Source: Candidatus Poribacteria bacterium
GTDB taxonomy: Bacteria; Poribacteria; WGA-4E; PCPOR2b
Assembly (NCBI GenBank): GCA_022822005.1
Contig: JAJECO010000040.1
Coordinates: 90-64,089 of the forward strand
DNA: 64,000 bases
Direction: 5' to 3'
Shown here: one piece after another, positions 37,494-47,147 of the stretch
Numbering within the stretch: position 1 is the stretch's first letter
How the letters are laid out: each line of letters starts with the position of its first letter
Translations under genes and position numbers: made by a program
The notes under the pieces: generated by a model
What the model was told of the DNA's origin: nothing
The model's database searches: none
The model's input: only the letters and a program-made list of their open reading frames with translations

Positions 37494-38702
37494 ATGCTTA
37501 TACTCTGTGCCAATGTTGGCAGCACCTCATTCAAATACCAGATTATTGATGTCGAAACATCAGCATCGTTGGTCAAAGGGGGTATTGAGCGGGTCGGCAA
37601 TTCACCGTCGCCATTCACGCACGATGTCCCCGGCAAACCGACTGTAACCGGCGAAATTAACGCCCCAAACCACAACGCTGCGATCGCACACACGATAGAT
37701 TGGGTCACATCCCCAGAAACTGGGGTAATGGAGGATCTCAGCGGCCTCGTGGGGATAGGGTTTAAGACTATTCTCGCCAGAGGGATTTGGCGTTCCGCAT
37801 TGATAACAGACGAAGTAGTCAACGCACTCAAAGCCGATATTCCATTTGCCCCGACCCATAATCCCGCTTACATCGCCTCGATCCGTGCCTTTCAGGAACG
37901 GCTCCCGAACACCCCTTTGGTCGCTGTTTTTGAGACATGGTTCCATCAAACAATGCCCGATTACGCCTCTGAATTTGGCGTCCCAAGGGAGTGGGTTGAG
38001 AAGCACCAGATCCGTCGCTACGGCTTCCACGGTGCGTCACATCGTTACATCTCAGAGCGTGTCCCCCAACTGCTCGACGATTCACCGTCGGATCTGCGGA
38101 TTGTCTCCTGCCATCTCGGTGGGAGTTCGTCGCTGTGCGCTATCCGTAACGGTCGGTCAATTGATACGACGATGGGAGTTTCGCCGCAATACGGTCCCAT
38201 CCAATCGTCTCGAAGCGGCGATCTGGATCCGTTTGCAGTGCTTTACCTGATGGATGCGGAGGGATGGGATACAAACGAAATTCGTCGCCAACTGATTGAG
38301 GAATCAGGGATGCGAGGAATTTCGGGCGTCAGCGGTGATTTACGCGATGTTGAAGAAGCGGCGATAGAAGGGAACGACGACGCACGATTGGCAATGGACA
38401 CCTACTTCTATCAGGTCAAAAAGTATATCGGTGCTTACATCGCTGCGCTCGGCGGGGTGGATGTGATTGCGTTCACCGGCGGGATTGGCGAAAAAAGTCC
38501 GACCGCCCGTGCAGCAATCTGCGATAGCTTGGAATGGCAGGGTATCTTGTTAGATTCACAAAGGAATGAGAGTCATACCGGCGAAGGTGAAATCTCCACA
38601 ACCGATAGCCGGGCGAAAATCCTCGTCGTGCCAGCAGATGAGGAGATTATTGTCGCACGGGAAACGGCAAACGTCATCACACAACAGAAGAATAATGCGT
38701 AA
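37494..38702 (+). CDS. ackA: Acetate/propionate kinase family protein.
   Basis: N-terminal MLILCANVGSTSFKY (acetate-kinase ATP motif LVLNxGSSSxKY-like). About 400 aa. Conserved HGASHRY. Confidence 0.8.
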   Translation: MLILCANVGSTSFKYQIIDVETSASLVKGGIERVGNSPSPFTHDVPGKPTVTGEINAPNHNAAIAHTIDWVTSPETGVMEDLSGLVGIGFKTILARGIWRSALITDEVVNALKADIPFAPTHNPAYIASIRAFQERLPNTPLVAVFETWFHQTMPDYASEFGVPREWVEKHQIRRYGFHGASHRYISERVPQLLDDSPSDLRIVSCHLGGSSSLCAIRNGRSIDTTMGVSPQYGPIQSSRSGDLDPFAVLYLMDAEGWDTNEIRRQLIEESGMRGISGVSGDLRDVEEAAIEGNDDARLAMDTYFYQVKKYIGAYIAALGGVDVIAFTGGIGEKSPTARAAICDSLEWQGILLDSQRNESHTGEGEISTTDSRAKILVVPADEEIIVARETANVITQQKNNA

Positions 38703-38929
38703 TGCGTAAAATTTTCTCGCTGATGTTAAGAAAACGCCCAACAGAAACCGATTTTTGTAAGGGTTAGGTTACCCAATCCGTTGGTCGAGGGGAACCTTGT
38801 CTCTACGGCAGGGAGCCCCGGTCCCCTCGATAAATCCCCGATGAATCGGGACAAGCGGGATGCAAGCACCTACGATTTTACTTCGCATTTTGCAATTTCT
38901 TTTTACATAAGCCTTCTCAATAATAGCAG

Positions 38930-39925
38930 TTATCGGTCAAGCTGTTTGACCCATCCCCATATCGTAAACTTTCTGCTTCTAGGTGAAACTGAAAAAGGTG
39001 AGTTAAACCATGCAGGATCACTGTCAGGCTGCGGATTATTGGTGAGATTTTGAGAATTGCCCCCATCGGCGTCCATCACGTAGATTTCGGCATTCCCATT
39101 CCTACCAGACACAAATACAATCCGGTTATTGTCAGGGGACCAGGAGGGAAATAAGTCATAAACGCCATTTTCAGTGAGTCTTTGTGTATTCTCCCCATTG
39201 GCATCCATCACGTAGATTTCATCAGTGGGCCAACCGCCTTTGTCAAGGACCCAATCCCTATCAGACGAGAATGCAATCCGGTTACTGTCAGGAGACCATG
39301 AAGGTGAACGGTCATTATGGCGATCATTGGTGAGGTTTCGCTGCTTACCCCCATTCGCATCCATCACGTAGATCTCAAAGTTTCCATCCCTGTTAGACGA
39401 GAAGGCAATCCGGTTACCGTCAGGAGACCATGAAGGTGAACTGTTATGACGGCGATTATTGGTGAGTCTACGCCGATTATCCCCATCGGCGTCCATCACG
39501 TAGATGTTCATGTTCAGGTCCCCATCCCTATTAGACACAAAGGCAATCCGTTTACCGTCAGGAGACCAAGAGGGGGCCCATTCATCAAAGTCATTGTTAG
39601 AAAGGTTGCGCTGATTCCCACCATCGGCGTCCATCACGTAGATTTGCCGGTTCCAATCCCTATCACTCCTCTCAGACACGAAGGCAATCCGTTTACCGTC
39701 AGGAGACCAAGAGGGGGACCTGTCATGAAAGTCATTCTTGGTGAGTCTTTGTAGATTCTCTCCATCGACGTCCATCACGTAGATTTCAAAGCGTATACCG
39801 TTCCAATCCCTATCAGACTCAAAGGCAATCTGTGTTTGTGCTTCAACGACTATTATCAGCGACGTTAGACTCAAGACTACAACACTAGCTAAAATCAAAT
39901 GGGCAAGACTATATTTTCGTTGCAT
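38930..39925 (-). CDS. Membrane-anchored/secreted PD40 (TolB-like WD40-like) beta-propeller repeat protein. Paralog 1 of 3.
   Basis: N-terminal signal/anchor MQRKYSLAHLILASVVVLSL. Six or more PD40 repeats (EIYVMDADGGNQRNLTNN...SPSWSPDGKRIAFVS). AAGGAGG SD. Confidence 0.8.
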   Translation of the reverse strand: MQRKYSLAHLILASVVVLSLTSLIIVVEAQTQIAFESDRDWNGIRFEIYVMDVDGENLQRLTKNDFHDRSPSWSPDGKRIAFVSERSDRDWNRQIYVMDADGGNQRNLSNNDFDEWAPSWSPDGKRIAFVSNRDGDLNMNIYVMDADGDNRRRLTNNRRHNSSPSWSPDGNRIAFSSNRDGNFEIYVMDANGGKQRNLTNDRHNDRSPSWSPDSNRIAFSSDRDWVLDKGGWPTDEIYVMDANGENTQRLTENGVYDLFPSWSPDNNRIVFVSGRNGNAEIYVMDADGGNSQNLTNNPQPDSDPAWFNSPFSVSPRSRKFTIWGWVKQLDR

Positions 39926-39992
39926 TTCCTATGCCTCCTTTGTTTTTAACGCGGTCTTTTATCCTTAAACACTATTCTCTAAATAATAGCAG

Positions 39993-40988
39993 TTATCGAG
40001 CACCCTGTTTGAGTTGTCCCCACATCGTAAACTTTTTGCCCGCGGGGGCAACGACAAAAACAGGAACAGACCATGCAGGATTACCATCATTCCTCGGATG
40101 ATTGGTGAGCTTTTGCGGATTTCCCCCGTCAGCGTCCATCACGTAGATCTCCCCTTGGTTATCCCTATAGGACGAGAAGGCAATGCGTGTGCCATCAGCC
40201 GACCATGAGGGTGACACGTCCCTATCGCGATTTTCAGTGAGTCTTTGCTGATTACCCCCATCGGCGTCCATCACGTAGATTTCATAATTTGCAAAGTCCC
40301 CCTTCCTATCGGATGAGAAGACAATGCGTGTACCATCGGGTGAGTCGTCATTTTGGCGGTTTTCAGTGAGCCTTTGCGGATTACCCCCATCGGCGTCCAT
40401 CACGTAGATTTCAGAAGTGAGGCCACTGTCGGCTATAAAGTGCCCATCCCTATAAGAGGAAAAGGCAATGCGTTTGCCATCAGCCGACCATGAGGGATGC
40501 TGGTCAGTACCAGGATTGTTAGTGAGTTTTTGCGGATTCCCCCCATTGTTGTCCATCACGTAGATTTCAAAGTTCACCTCCCTATCAGAGGAAAAGACAA
40601 TGCGTTTGCCGTCAGGAGACCATGCAGGAGAGTGATCAGAATTGGGATCATTAGTGAGGTTTCGCTGATTTTTCCCCTCCGCGTCCATCACATAGATTTC
40701 AAAAGTGGACCACACGCGGCCCTTAGGGACGTGCCCATCCCTATCAGACACAAAGGCAATCCGTGTGCCATCGGGCGACCATGAGGGTGCTAAGTCCCTA
40801 TCGGGGTGATTGGTGAGGTTTCGCTGATTTTTCCCATCATCGTCCATCACGTAAATTTCATAGTTCCTATCCCTATCAGACTGGAAGGCAATCTGTGCCT
40901 GTGTATCAGCGTCTACTACCAGTAACGTTAGCCCTAACATGACAACGACAGCTAAAATCAAATGTGCGAGATTGTATCTCCGTTCCAT
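39993..40988 (-). CDS. PD40 beta-propeller repeat protein. Paralog 2 of 3.
   Basis: Same architecture as paralog 1 (MERRYNLAHLILAVVVMLGL..., repeated EIYVMDADGGN / SPSWSADG). AGAGGAGG SD. Confidence 0.8.
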   Translation of the reverse strand: MERRYNLAHLILAVVVMLGLTLLVVDADTQAQIAFQSDRDRNYEIYVMDDDGKNQRNLTNHPDRDLAPSWSPDGTRIAFVSDRDGHVPKGRVWSTFEIYVMDAEGKNQRNLTNDPNSDHSPAWSPDGKRIVFSSDREVNFEIYVMDNNGGNPQKLTNNPGTDQHPSWSADGKRIAFSSYRDGHFIADSGLTSEIYVMDADGGNPQRLTENRQNDDSPDGTRIVFSSDRKGDFANYEIYVMDADGGNQQRLTENRDRDVSPSWSADGTRIAFSSYRDNQGEIYVMDADGGNPQKLTNHPRNDGNPAWSVPVFVVAPAGKKFTMWGQLKQGAR

Positions 40989-41100
40989 CCGTTATGCCTC
41001 CTCTGTTGTCAAATCGGTTTATATTTCCTTGGAGTGGATAGAGATCGGCTTGTGTTGGCAACCTTTTTCCAATTATAGTAGATCTTAGAATTAATGAGAC

Positions 41101-41182
41101 ACTCCAAACCGGTGCGGGGAGAAAACGCACCTACCGGGAGACGAAAGTGTTTATTTTTAGAATTCACCATAAGGTGACAACT
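41101..41182 (+). repeat. Family D ~85-bp element, plus orientation, solo copy.
   Basis: TAATGAGACACTCCAAACCGGTGCGGGGAGAAAACGCACCTACCGGGAGACGAAAGTGTTTATTTTTAGAATTCACCATAA. Confidence 0.65.
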
Positions 41183-41267
41183 CGGTTTATTATCGCATGA
41201 AGATCTCGCCTCTTCGTTCGCGTTTATGACCCAATCTCAACGCACGCTGTTTTCTCGATAATGGTAA

Positions 41268-42230
41268 TTATTGGTCAACGCCCTTGAGCCATCCCCACAT
41301 TATAAACTTCTTATAAGAGGGGGTAACTGAAAGAACAGCGTTATACCATGCAGGAGCTCCCTCATCCTCAAGATGATTGGTGATGTTTCGTGGATTCGCC
41401 CCATCGGCATCCATTACGTAGATGTCCGGATTAAAATCCCTCGTCCTATTCGACACGAAGGCAATGCGTTTACTGTCGGGCGACCATGAGGGTGAATAGT
41501 CCCTATCAGGATGATTGGTGAGGTTTCGCTGATTCCCTCCATCGGCGTCCATCACGTAGATATCTGTGCGAAGAGCCCCAGGTCCAAAGGCATCAAAGGC
41601 AATGTGTTTACCGTTAGGGGACCATGAGGGATTATTGTCATGAGTGTTATTAAAGGTGAGGTTTCGCCGATTGCTTCCATCGTCATCCATCACGTAGATG
41701 TCCATGTCCCCATCCGCCCTCCTAGGGAAAGCAAAGATAATGCGTCTACCGTCAGGAGACCATGAGGGATTATTGTGATTAAGGAGATTCTCAGTGAGGT
41801 TTAGCTGATTGTCCCCATCGGCATCCATTACGTGGATTTGTTCGTTCCGCACGAAGACAATGCGTTTACCGTCAGGAGACCATGAGGGCTCCCTATCATC
41901 ACCAAGATTATTAGTGAGATTTCGCTGATTATCCCCATCGGCGTCCATCACGTAGATTTGCCGGTTCCCATTCCTATCATTCCTATCAGAACTGAAAACA
42001 ATGCGTTTACCGTCAGGAGACCAAGAGGGCTCCCTATCATCACCAAGATTGTTAGACAGGTTTAGCTGATTGCCCCCATGGTTGTCCATCACATAGATTT
42101 CCCAGTTCCAATCCCTATCAGACATGAAAACAATTCGTGCTTGTGCGTCAGTGGTTACCATCAGCGGCGTCAGACTCAAGACTATAATGCTAGCTAAAAG
42201 GATATGTGTCAAATTGTATCTCCGGTGCAT
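41268..42230 (-). CDS. PD40 beta-propeller repeat protein. Paralog 3 of 3.
   Basis: Start moved to ATG 42230 (MHRRYNLTHILLASIIVLSL), which matches the paralog N-termini and has a GGAAGGA SD. Repeated IYVMDADGDNQRNLTNN / SPSWSPDGKRIVF. Confidence 0.8.
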   Translation of the reverse strand: MHRRYNLTHILLASIIVLSLTPLMVTTDAQARIVFMSDRDWNWEIYVMDNHGGNQLNLSNNLGDDREPSWSPDGKRIVFSSDRNDRNGNRQIYVMDADGDNQRNLTNNLGDDREPSWSPDGKRIVFVRNEQIHVMDADGDNQLNLTENLLNHNNPSWSPDGRRIIFAFPRRADGDMDIYVMDDDGSNRRNLTFNNTHDNNPSWSPNGKHIAFDAFGPGALRTDIYVMDADGGNQRNLTNHPDRDYSPSWSPDSKRIAFVSNRTRDFNPDIYVMDADGANPRNITNHLEDEGAPAWYNAVLSVTPSYKKFIMWGWLKGVDQ

Positions 42231-42692
42231 TTGACATTCCTTCCCTGTTTTCAAATCGGTTGTCTATCCTCTGGATTTGATAGTGGTCAGATTGGGGGCA
42301 ATCCCTTTACAATTATAATTATAACATAGACACAAATTCCTACTGGGAGTTCTCAAGTAAATTAGGTTCTGTTGACATTTACCAATTCGTAGGTTGGGTT
42401 GAACGGTTAAACGAGAATCCTTATCAAGTGCAATAGAGGTTTGGTCGATCAACAACACCTGCTTATAGACAGATAGAGTGAAATCCAACAAAGTTTTTCA
42501 TCAGGAAGTCCCCTTTTCGAAAAGCATTTTCGTAAACGTGATCTTTTGTACCATCCCGATTGAATCGGGATGATCCCCGCCTACAAACTAACAGTTTGCG
42601 CTACATGTGTCAGATTAGCCGATGATTACAGCGTTTGCTCAATTAGCGACATCAAAATGTCAACACGTCCTAGCAACTCGGTTTATTAATAT

Positions 42693-42927
42693 AGCACTTA
42701 CGCAGTAGGAGAGAATTCCGATTCCCAACAAAATATTGCGGGGCAAGTCTGAGAGGATCCGTCCGTGCCGAGACCAAGCGTGACCGGGGAGGCCCTGCCT
42801 ACGATTTTTAAGGCAAGTCAGTGCTGTTGCACTAATTCTTTACATGAGCGACAAACAAAATCACTAACATATCCCACCGCGAAACATTATGCACACTCCC
42901 TAAATAAGTAGGATCTACGCAGTTGAA
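42693..42927. repeat. Degenerate family F-related segment. Two same-orientation left-end-like repeats (AGCACTTACGCAGTAGG, GGATCTACGCAGTTGAA) flank an internal GCGGGGCAAG...GCCTACGAT module shared with the 61654-61804 MITE.
   Basis: Motifs read directly. No ORF with support. Confidence 0.4.
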
Positions 42928-42965
42928 TATCCCAAGCTAAAACCCCGATTGCTTAGGGTTACTGG

Positions 42966-43820
42966 TTAGCTGTCAAAAAGATAGGTCAATAGCCGATCCC
43001 CGTCCTGAAAATCGGGAATGAGAATATCCGCACCGGCGTGAAGTAATCTGCCCCGTTTGTCCGCGTTCATCTGGTAGCGGTTATTCTCCGCCGAATTTAC
43101 GCCCACAGCGATTGCGCCGACCGCCTTCGCATTTTCGATCTCCACCGAACCGTCACCGACTACCAGAAGCTCACTCCCGGTCAGATTGAAATCATCCAGA
43201 ATTTGCTGAATTATCATTGCCTTCGAGAAGTTCTGATAGTCGCGCAACGCTCCGAAAATACCGCCATCAAAGTAGGATGCAGCGCCCAGCAGTCCCGCTT
43301 CATGCCGAACAAATTCAACATCGGTTCCACTCGCGAGATAGCGTTTCACACCCCGTTTTTGCAGAGACTGTAAAAACTCAAGCGACATCGGCACACGCAG
43401 ATCCGCAGCTTCAATCTCTCCCCTCTCCAGCTTGGCGATGCGTTCATCCACAGTTGGTAGGAGCAAGCTGTTATACAGATCTTTGTAATCCAACGGTTCC
43501 TTGGGGACGCCACCCCGCTTCTCAATCTCTTCGCAGAGCTGCATCATTTGGTAGATGGTCTGCTTGCCGGTCAAATTATCCACAAATTCAACAACAACCT
43601 CTTCCAGCTGCTCCGGCGTTTCATCCGTTTCCGTTTCTCCAAGCAGGATGTCAACCATCATGGGCACCATGACGCTCTGCCAACCGTCGCGGACTAGCGA
43701 AATCGTCCCGTCGAAATCGAACAGAGCGTGCTGAACCTTTCCTCGCTCAATCTCGCGGACTATCTCAATTGACGTATTCTCTAAGGTTTGTGATTCCGCC
43801 ACGGTTTGGCAACTCCCCAT
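42966..43820 (-). CDS. HAD superfamily hydrolase.
   Basis: Motif I FDFDGTI. Motif III/IV region VVGDGSVEIENAKAVGA...D. Confidence 0.7.
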   Translation of the reverse strand: MGSCQTVAESQTLENTSIEIVREIERGKVQHALFDFDGTISLVRDGWQSVMVPMMVDILLGETETDETPEQLEEVVVEFVDNLTGKQTIYQMMQLCEEIEKRGGVPKEPLDYKDLYNSLLLPTVDERIAKLERGEIEAADLRVPMSLEFLQSLQKRGVKRYLASGTDVEFVRHEAGLLGAASYFDGGIFGALRDYQNFSKAMIIQQILDDFNLTGSELLVVGDGSVEIENAKAVGAIAVGVNSAENNRYQMNADKRGRLLHAGADILIPDFQDGDRLLTYLFDS

Positions 43821-43842
43821 TTTTCAACGGTGTGAGAGGTTA

Positions 43843-45474
43843 TCAAGCAAGGTCTTGCGCCCAATAATACTGTCCATACAGGTGAATCAGGTTTTTCGGA
43901 TTGTCGGCTAGCAGATCACCAAAGGTTATCTTCTGAATCTCACGCTTCGGTCCCGGTGCATCGTCATGATACGCAGCGCGGCGTGCCTGCCCCTCAGTAG
44001 GGAAAGCAATCCATTGATCGTGATCATCTCGGAATGCGTAGACCGTTCCGCCCGCTGGCGTGTGCACCTCGACGTCCGCATCTTGGAACGGACGGATGCG
44101 CGTTTCAGAGGCATCGTGATTTTCCAGAAACTCGATCCAAGCGGCACGCATCCGTTCAGCGACATCGGGATGGGAATCCACAATGTTATGCTGCTGATCA
44201 GGATCGGTTTTCAGGTTATACAGTTCGGAAGGCATCCCCTGCGGTGCACATAGGTAAGCCCACTCATCATCGGTGATGGTGCTGGGTTCAACGTTCCGGT
44301 CAGAACCAACCCAACCGTCGAAAGTGGCACCCTCTACCGGCGTGTAGCCGGTCGTCCCTGCGCTGGGCGGGAATCGACTTGAGAAGGCGTAATCGTGTAT
44401 CTTTGCTGTGTCTCCACTCATCAAGGGGAGGAATGAGGTCCCTTGGATGTGTGACGGTGTTGAGATTCCACGGAAGTCCAAGATTGAGGGTAAGATATCA
44501 GGGGGTTGGACAACCCCGTGAATCCGTTCACCTGCTCCCAATCCATCGGGGTGATGAATCAAGAGGGGGATCCGGACGGTGATTTCGTAGAGCTTACCGA
44601 GTTCGGCTCCCGGCTTGCCTTGTAGGTCATGGTCTCCGAACAGGTGCCCGTGGTCGGAGGCCCAGATGATGAGTGTATTCTTAAAGAGCCCCAACCGTTC
44701 TGCCAGATCCAGAAATGCGCCCACCCACCGATCCGTCAGTGTGACATTGCCGGCATAGAGTGCACGGAGATGCGCCGCCTCCGCCTCGGACATATATGTT
44801 GGGCGACCGTATTCCGGGTACAACATCCGATCGCCATCGTAGTCGGGATCGGCGTATAGCGCATAGTCGTACCAAGGGCAGTCGAACGGTTCATGGGGAT
44901 CCCACATATCGACATAGAGGAAAAACGACTCTTGGTTGTGGTTGGTCTCCAGCCAATCCATCGCTTCCGACATCCCCCGTCCAATGCAGAACTCACGATC
45001 GAATTGACGGGCGGCGTGGTTGCGGAGGTAGTTTTGTAGACCTGAGATATTGCGGATTTTATGGGGTTGTGCCCCCAGTTGAATGTCCAGAGAGGGGTCA
45101 GTTATCCATGGATCACCCTTCTGGCTATGCACAAAACTGAGTCCCCCGAAGCCACGTGTGTAGTTATAATCGTGCATTGCAAGCATTGGGGTATCCCAGA
45201 TCATTTGGGTATGCACACCGTCCGCAGACAGGAGCTGCCCCCAAGTCACATCTCCAGGGCTCAAGGGCTGCCACCCGCGAGAAGGGAAACCGAAACGCCC
45301 GGTCGCCAAGTCCCACCGGTTAGGCACCGTCGGATAGGAGGCTGCATAGAATTGCTCAAAAAGGGCTGCGTGCTGGGCAAACCCATCCAGATTGGGCGTC
45401 TGAATCCAAGTGTTGCCGTAGCATCCCAAGTGGTCCCTGCGAAAGGTATCGTTCATGATAAAGATGACGTTCAT
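43843..45474 (-). CDS. Sulfatase-fold (alkaline-phosphatase superfamily) enzyme with Thr at the formylglycine position. Likely cytoplasmic.
   Basis: N-terminus FIMNDTFRRDHLGCYGN...TPNLDGF...ASYPTVPNRWDLATGR aligns to the sulfatase (C/S)xPxR signature, but reads TVPNR. DHGH region conserved. No signal peptide. Confidence 0.75.
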   Translation of the reverse strand: MNVIFIMNDTFRRDHLGCYGNTWIQTPNLDGFAQHAALFEQFYAASYPTVPNRWDLATGRFGFPSRGWQPLSPGDVTWGQLLSADGVHTQMIWDTPMLAMHDYNYTRGFGGLSFVHSQKGDPWITDPSLDIQLGAQPHKIRNISGLQNYLRNHAARQFDREFCIGRGMSEAMDWLETNHNQESFFLYVDMWDPHEPFDCPWYDYALYADPDYDGDRMLYPEYGRPTYMSEAEAAHLRALYAGNVTLTDRWVGAFLDLAERLGLFKNTLIIWASDHGHLFGDHDLQGKPGAELGKLYEITVRIPLLIHHPDGLGAGERIHGVVQPPDILPSILDFRGISTPSHIQGTSFLPLMSGDTAKIHDYAFSSRFPPSAGTTGYTPVEGATFDGWVGSDRNVEPSTITDDEWAYLCAPQGMPSELYNLKTDPDQQHNIVDSHPDVAERMRAAWIEFLENHDASETRIRPFQDADVEVHTPAGGTVYAFRDDHDQWIAFPTEGQARRAAYHDDAPGPKREIQKITFGDLLADNPKNLIHLYGQYYWAQDLA

Positions 45475-45660
45475 GGAGGTGCATACTCCCTTTTTTATAC
45501 ATCTACTGAGCCGAGCCGTACTCGCACCTGTGCAGTGGATTTGTTAATCCACTGCGAGTTGCTTTGAATCCCGATTTATCGGGGCGTTGATTTTCTTACT
45601 TTGGTTCCCATTCGCCTAAACGGTAGCCGATTCTGCAAATGGCAACTTGCTTTACCACTA

Positions 45661-46191
45661 TCAAACCTTTGTCAATGCAGCGGTAATCTTTTCAACGATA
45701 CCATCTGCACGACCACGGATTTGATCAGGTGTAAGGCTCTGGATCGGGTGGTCAACGGTGGTTGGATGGAAATCGCGATAACCGAGCGATTTCGCTTGAA
45801 CTTCCCCGGCAGCGAAGAATACATCGGAGCAGATCGATACGCTGGGGATGCCACGTTCTTCTAAAGCGGTTCCGTCGTGCACACTGCACGATATACAGGA
45901 ACCTCAGTCTGCAAGCCCTTCCACCACGAAGTCGCACCGATCGGCGAGTTCTGTGATTAGGTCTTGCGGTGCGGGACGTGCAAAGGTTGGTTTTGTTACA
46001 CGCACCACATCGACAAGGTCAAAATTCTCACGCATCAGCTCTTCAACACGATCGAGGAAGATATCGCTGCCGTTTTTACTGATGTTCAGTAAGCCCATCA
46101 CTTTGCCGTTGAGGTCATTGAGGCGCGGAGCAAGATATTTCTCCGACGGGTTGTTTGGAGCGACTGGATCGAGTAAAGTTGTATTTGCCAT
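45661..46191 (-). CDS. Selenoprotein, UGSC-motif family (putative thiol/selenol redox protein). The in-frame TGA at 45906..45904 is read as selenocysteine.
   Basis: ATG 46191 with AGGAGG SD (6-nt spacer). ...VVEGLAD-TGA-GSCISCSVHDGTALEER continues in the same frame to the stop at 45661. The U-G-S-C motif is created by the TGA. A SECIS-like hairpin lies immediately 3' of the TGA. The ORF caller reports two abutting same-frame ORFs (45904..46191 and 45661..45882). Confidence 0.7.
45868..45903 (-). promoter_or_regulatory. Bacterial SECIS-like stem-loop immediately downstream of the in-frame UGA.
   Basis: mRNA reads UGA-GGUUCC-UGUAUA-UCGUGCA-GUG-UGCACGA-C-GGAACC: a 6-bp lower stem, asymmetric internal loop, 7-bp upper stem, and a G/U-containing apical loop. 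Confidence 0.6.
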
Positions 46192-46319
46192 TGTAAGCCT
46201 CCTATGGATTTAAGAAATGTATGTAGATAGAATAGCAATTTCGATGGCGCCTGTCAACATCTATTTCCGTTGAATCTCTTCGGCAGTGTGGTATAATACG
46301 CGAAGCACAAAATGCAGAA

Positions 46320-47093
46320 TTGACAACGACTTCGGAGCCCCTTTTCGCTCAAATGATAACGACAAAAGAACTGACCAAACGTTTCGGCAAACTTGTCGCC
46401 GTGGATAGCCTGACCATGCAGGTCAAAGCAGGTGAATTGTTCGGTTTTTTGGGTCCCAATGGTGCCGGGAAGACTACAACTATCAACATGCTAACCGGTT
46501 TGATCCGTCCAACCTCCGGCACCGCGACGATTTGCGATTATGATGTCAGGACGCAGGCATCACAGGTGAAAGCGATAACGGGCTTAATGCCCGACACACC
46601 ACACCTCTATGAGACGTTGACAGGGAGGCAGTTTGTTCGCTTCATTGCAGATCTCTACGAGATTGATCCTAAACGATCAGGACGGCGGATGGAGGAGTTG
46701 CTGGAGGCGTTTGATCTTACTGACGCCGCAGACTCACTAATCAAAAGCTACTCCTACGGCATGCAGAAAAAGATCCTTTTGACAGCGGTGTTGGTGCATG
46801 AGCCGCGTGTTCTGTTTCTCGATGAACCGACAAGCGGCCTTGACCCGAAAAGTGCTCGCATCGCAAGGGATCTCTTGCGTGAGTGCTGCGATCGTGGATG
46901 CACAGTGTTCATGACTACGCACGTTCTTGAGATTGCAGAGCGGGTGTGCGATCGGATAGGTATCATTAACGAAGGAAAGCTTGTTGCGGTGGGAACGATG
47001 GAGGAGCTGCGTCAGAACCGCACAACGACGGACCTGAGTTTGGAGGACATCTTTCTGGAACTAACGTTAGATAGTGAGGATGAGACTGTTTGA
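46320..47093 (+). CDS. ABC transporter ATP-binding protein (ABC-2 type). No permease gene adjacent.
   Basis: Walker A GPNGAGKTT, signature YSYGMQKK, Walker B LFLDEPTSGLD. ATG 46353 (MITTKELTKRFG) is the alternative start. Confidence 0.8.
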   Translation: MTTTSEPLFAQMITTKELTKRFGKLVAVDSLTMQVKAGELFGFLGPNGAGKTTTINMLTGLIRPTSGTATICDYDVRTQASQVKAITGLMPDTPHLYETLTGRQFVRFIADLYEIDPKRSGRRMEELLEAFDLTDAADSLIKSYSYGMQKKILLTAVLVHEPRVLFLDEPTSGLDPKSARIARDLLRECCDRGCTVFMTTHVLEIAERVCDRIGIINEGKLVAVGTMEELRQNRTTTDLSLEDIFLELTLDSEDETV

Positions 47094-47147
47094 CGAGGTG
47101 CTCAAGCGTTCAAAAGTACATTAGTTCATTACTGAGTTCTCATGGCT

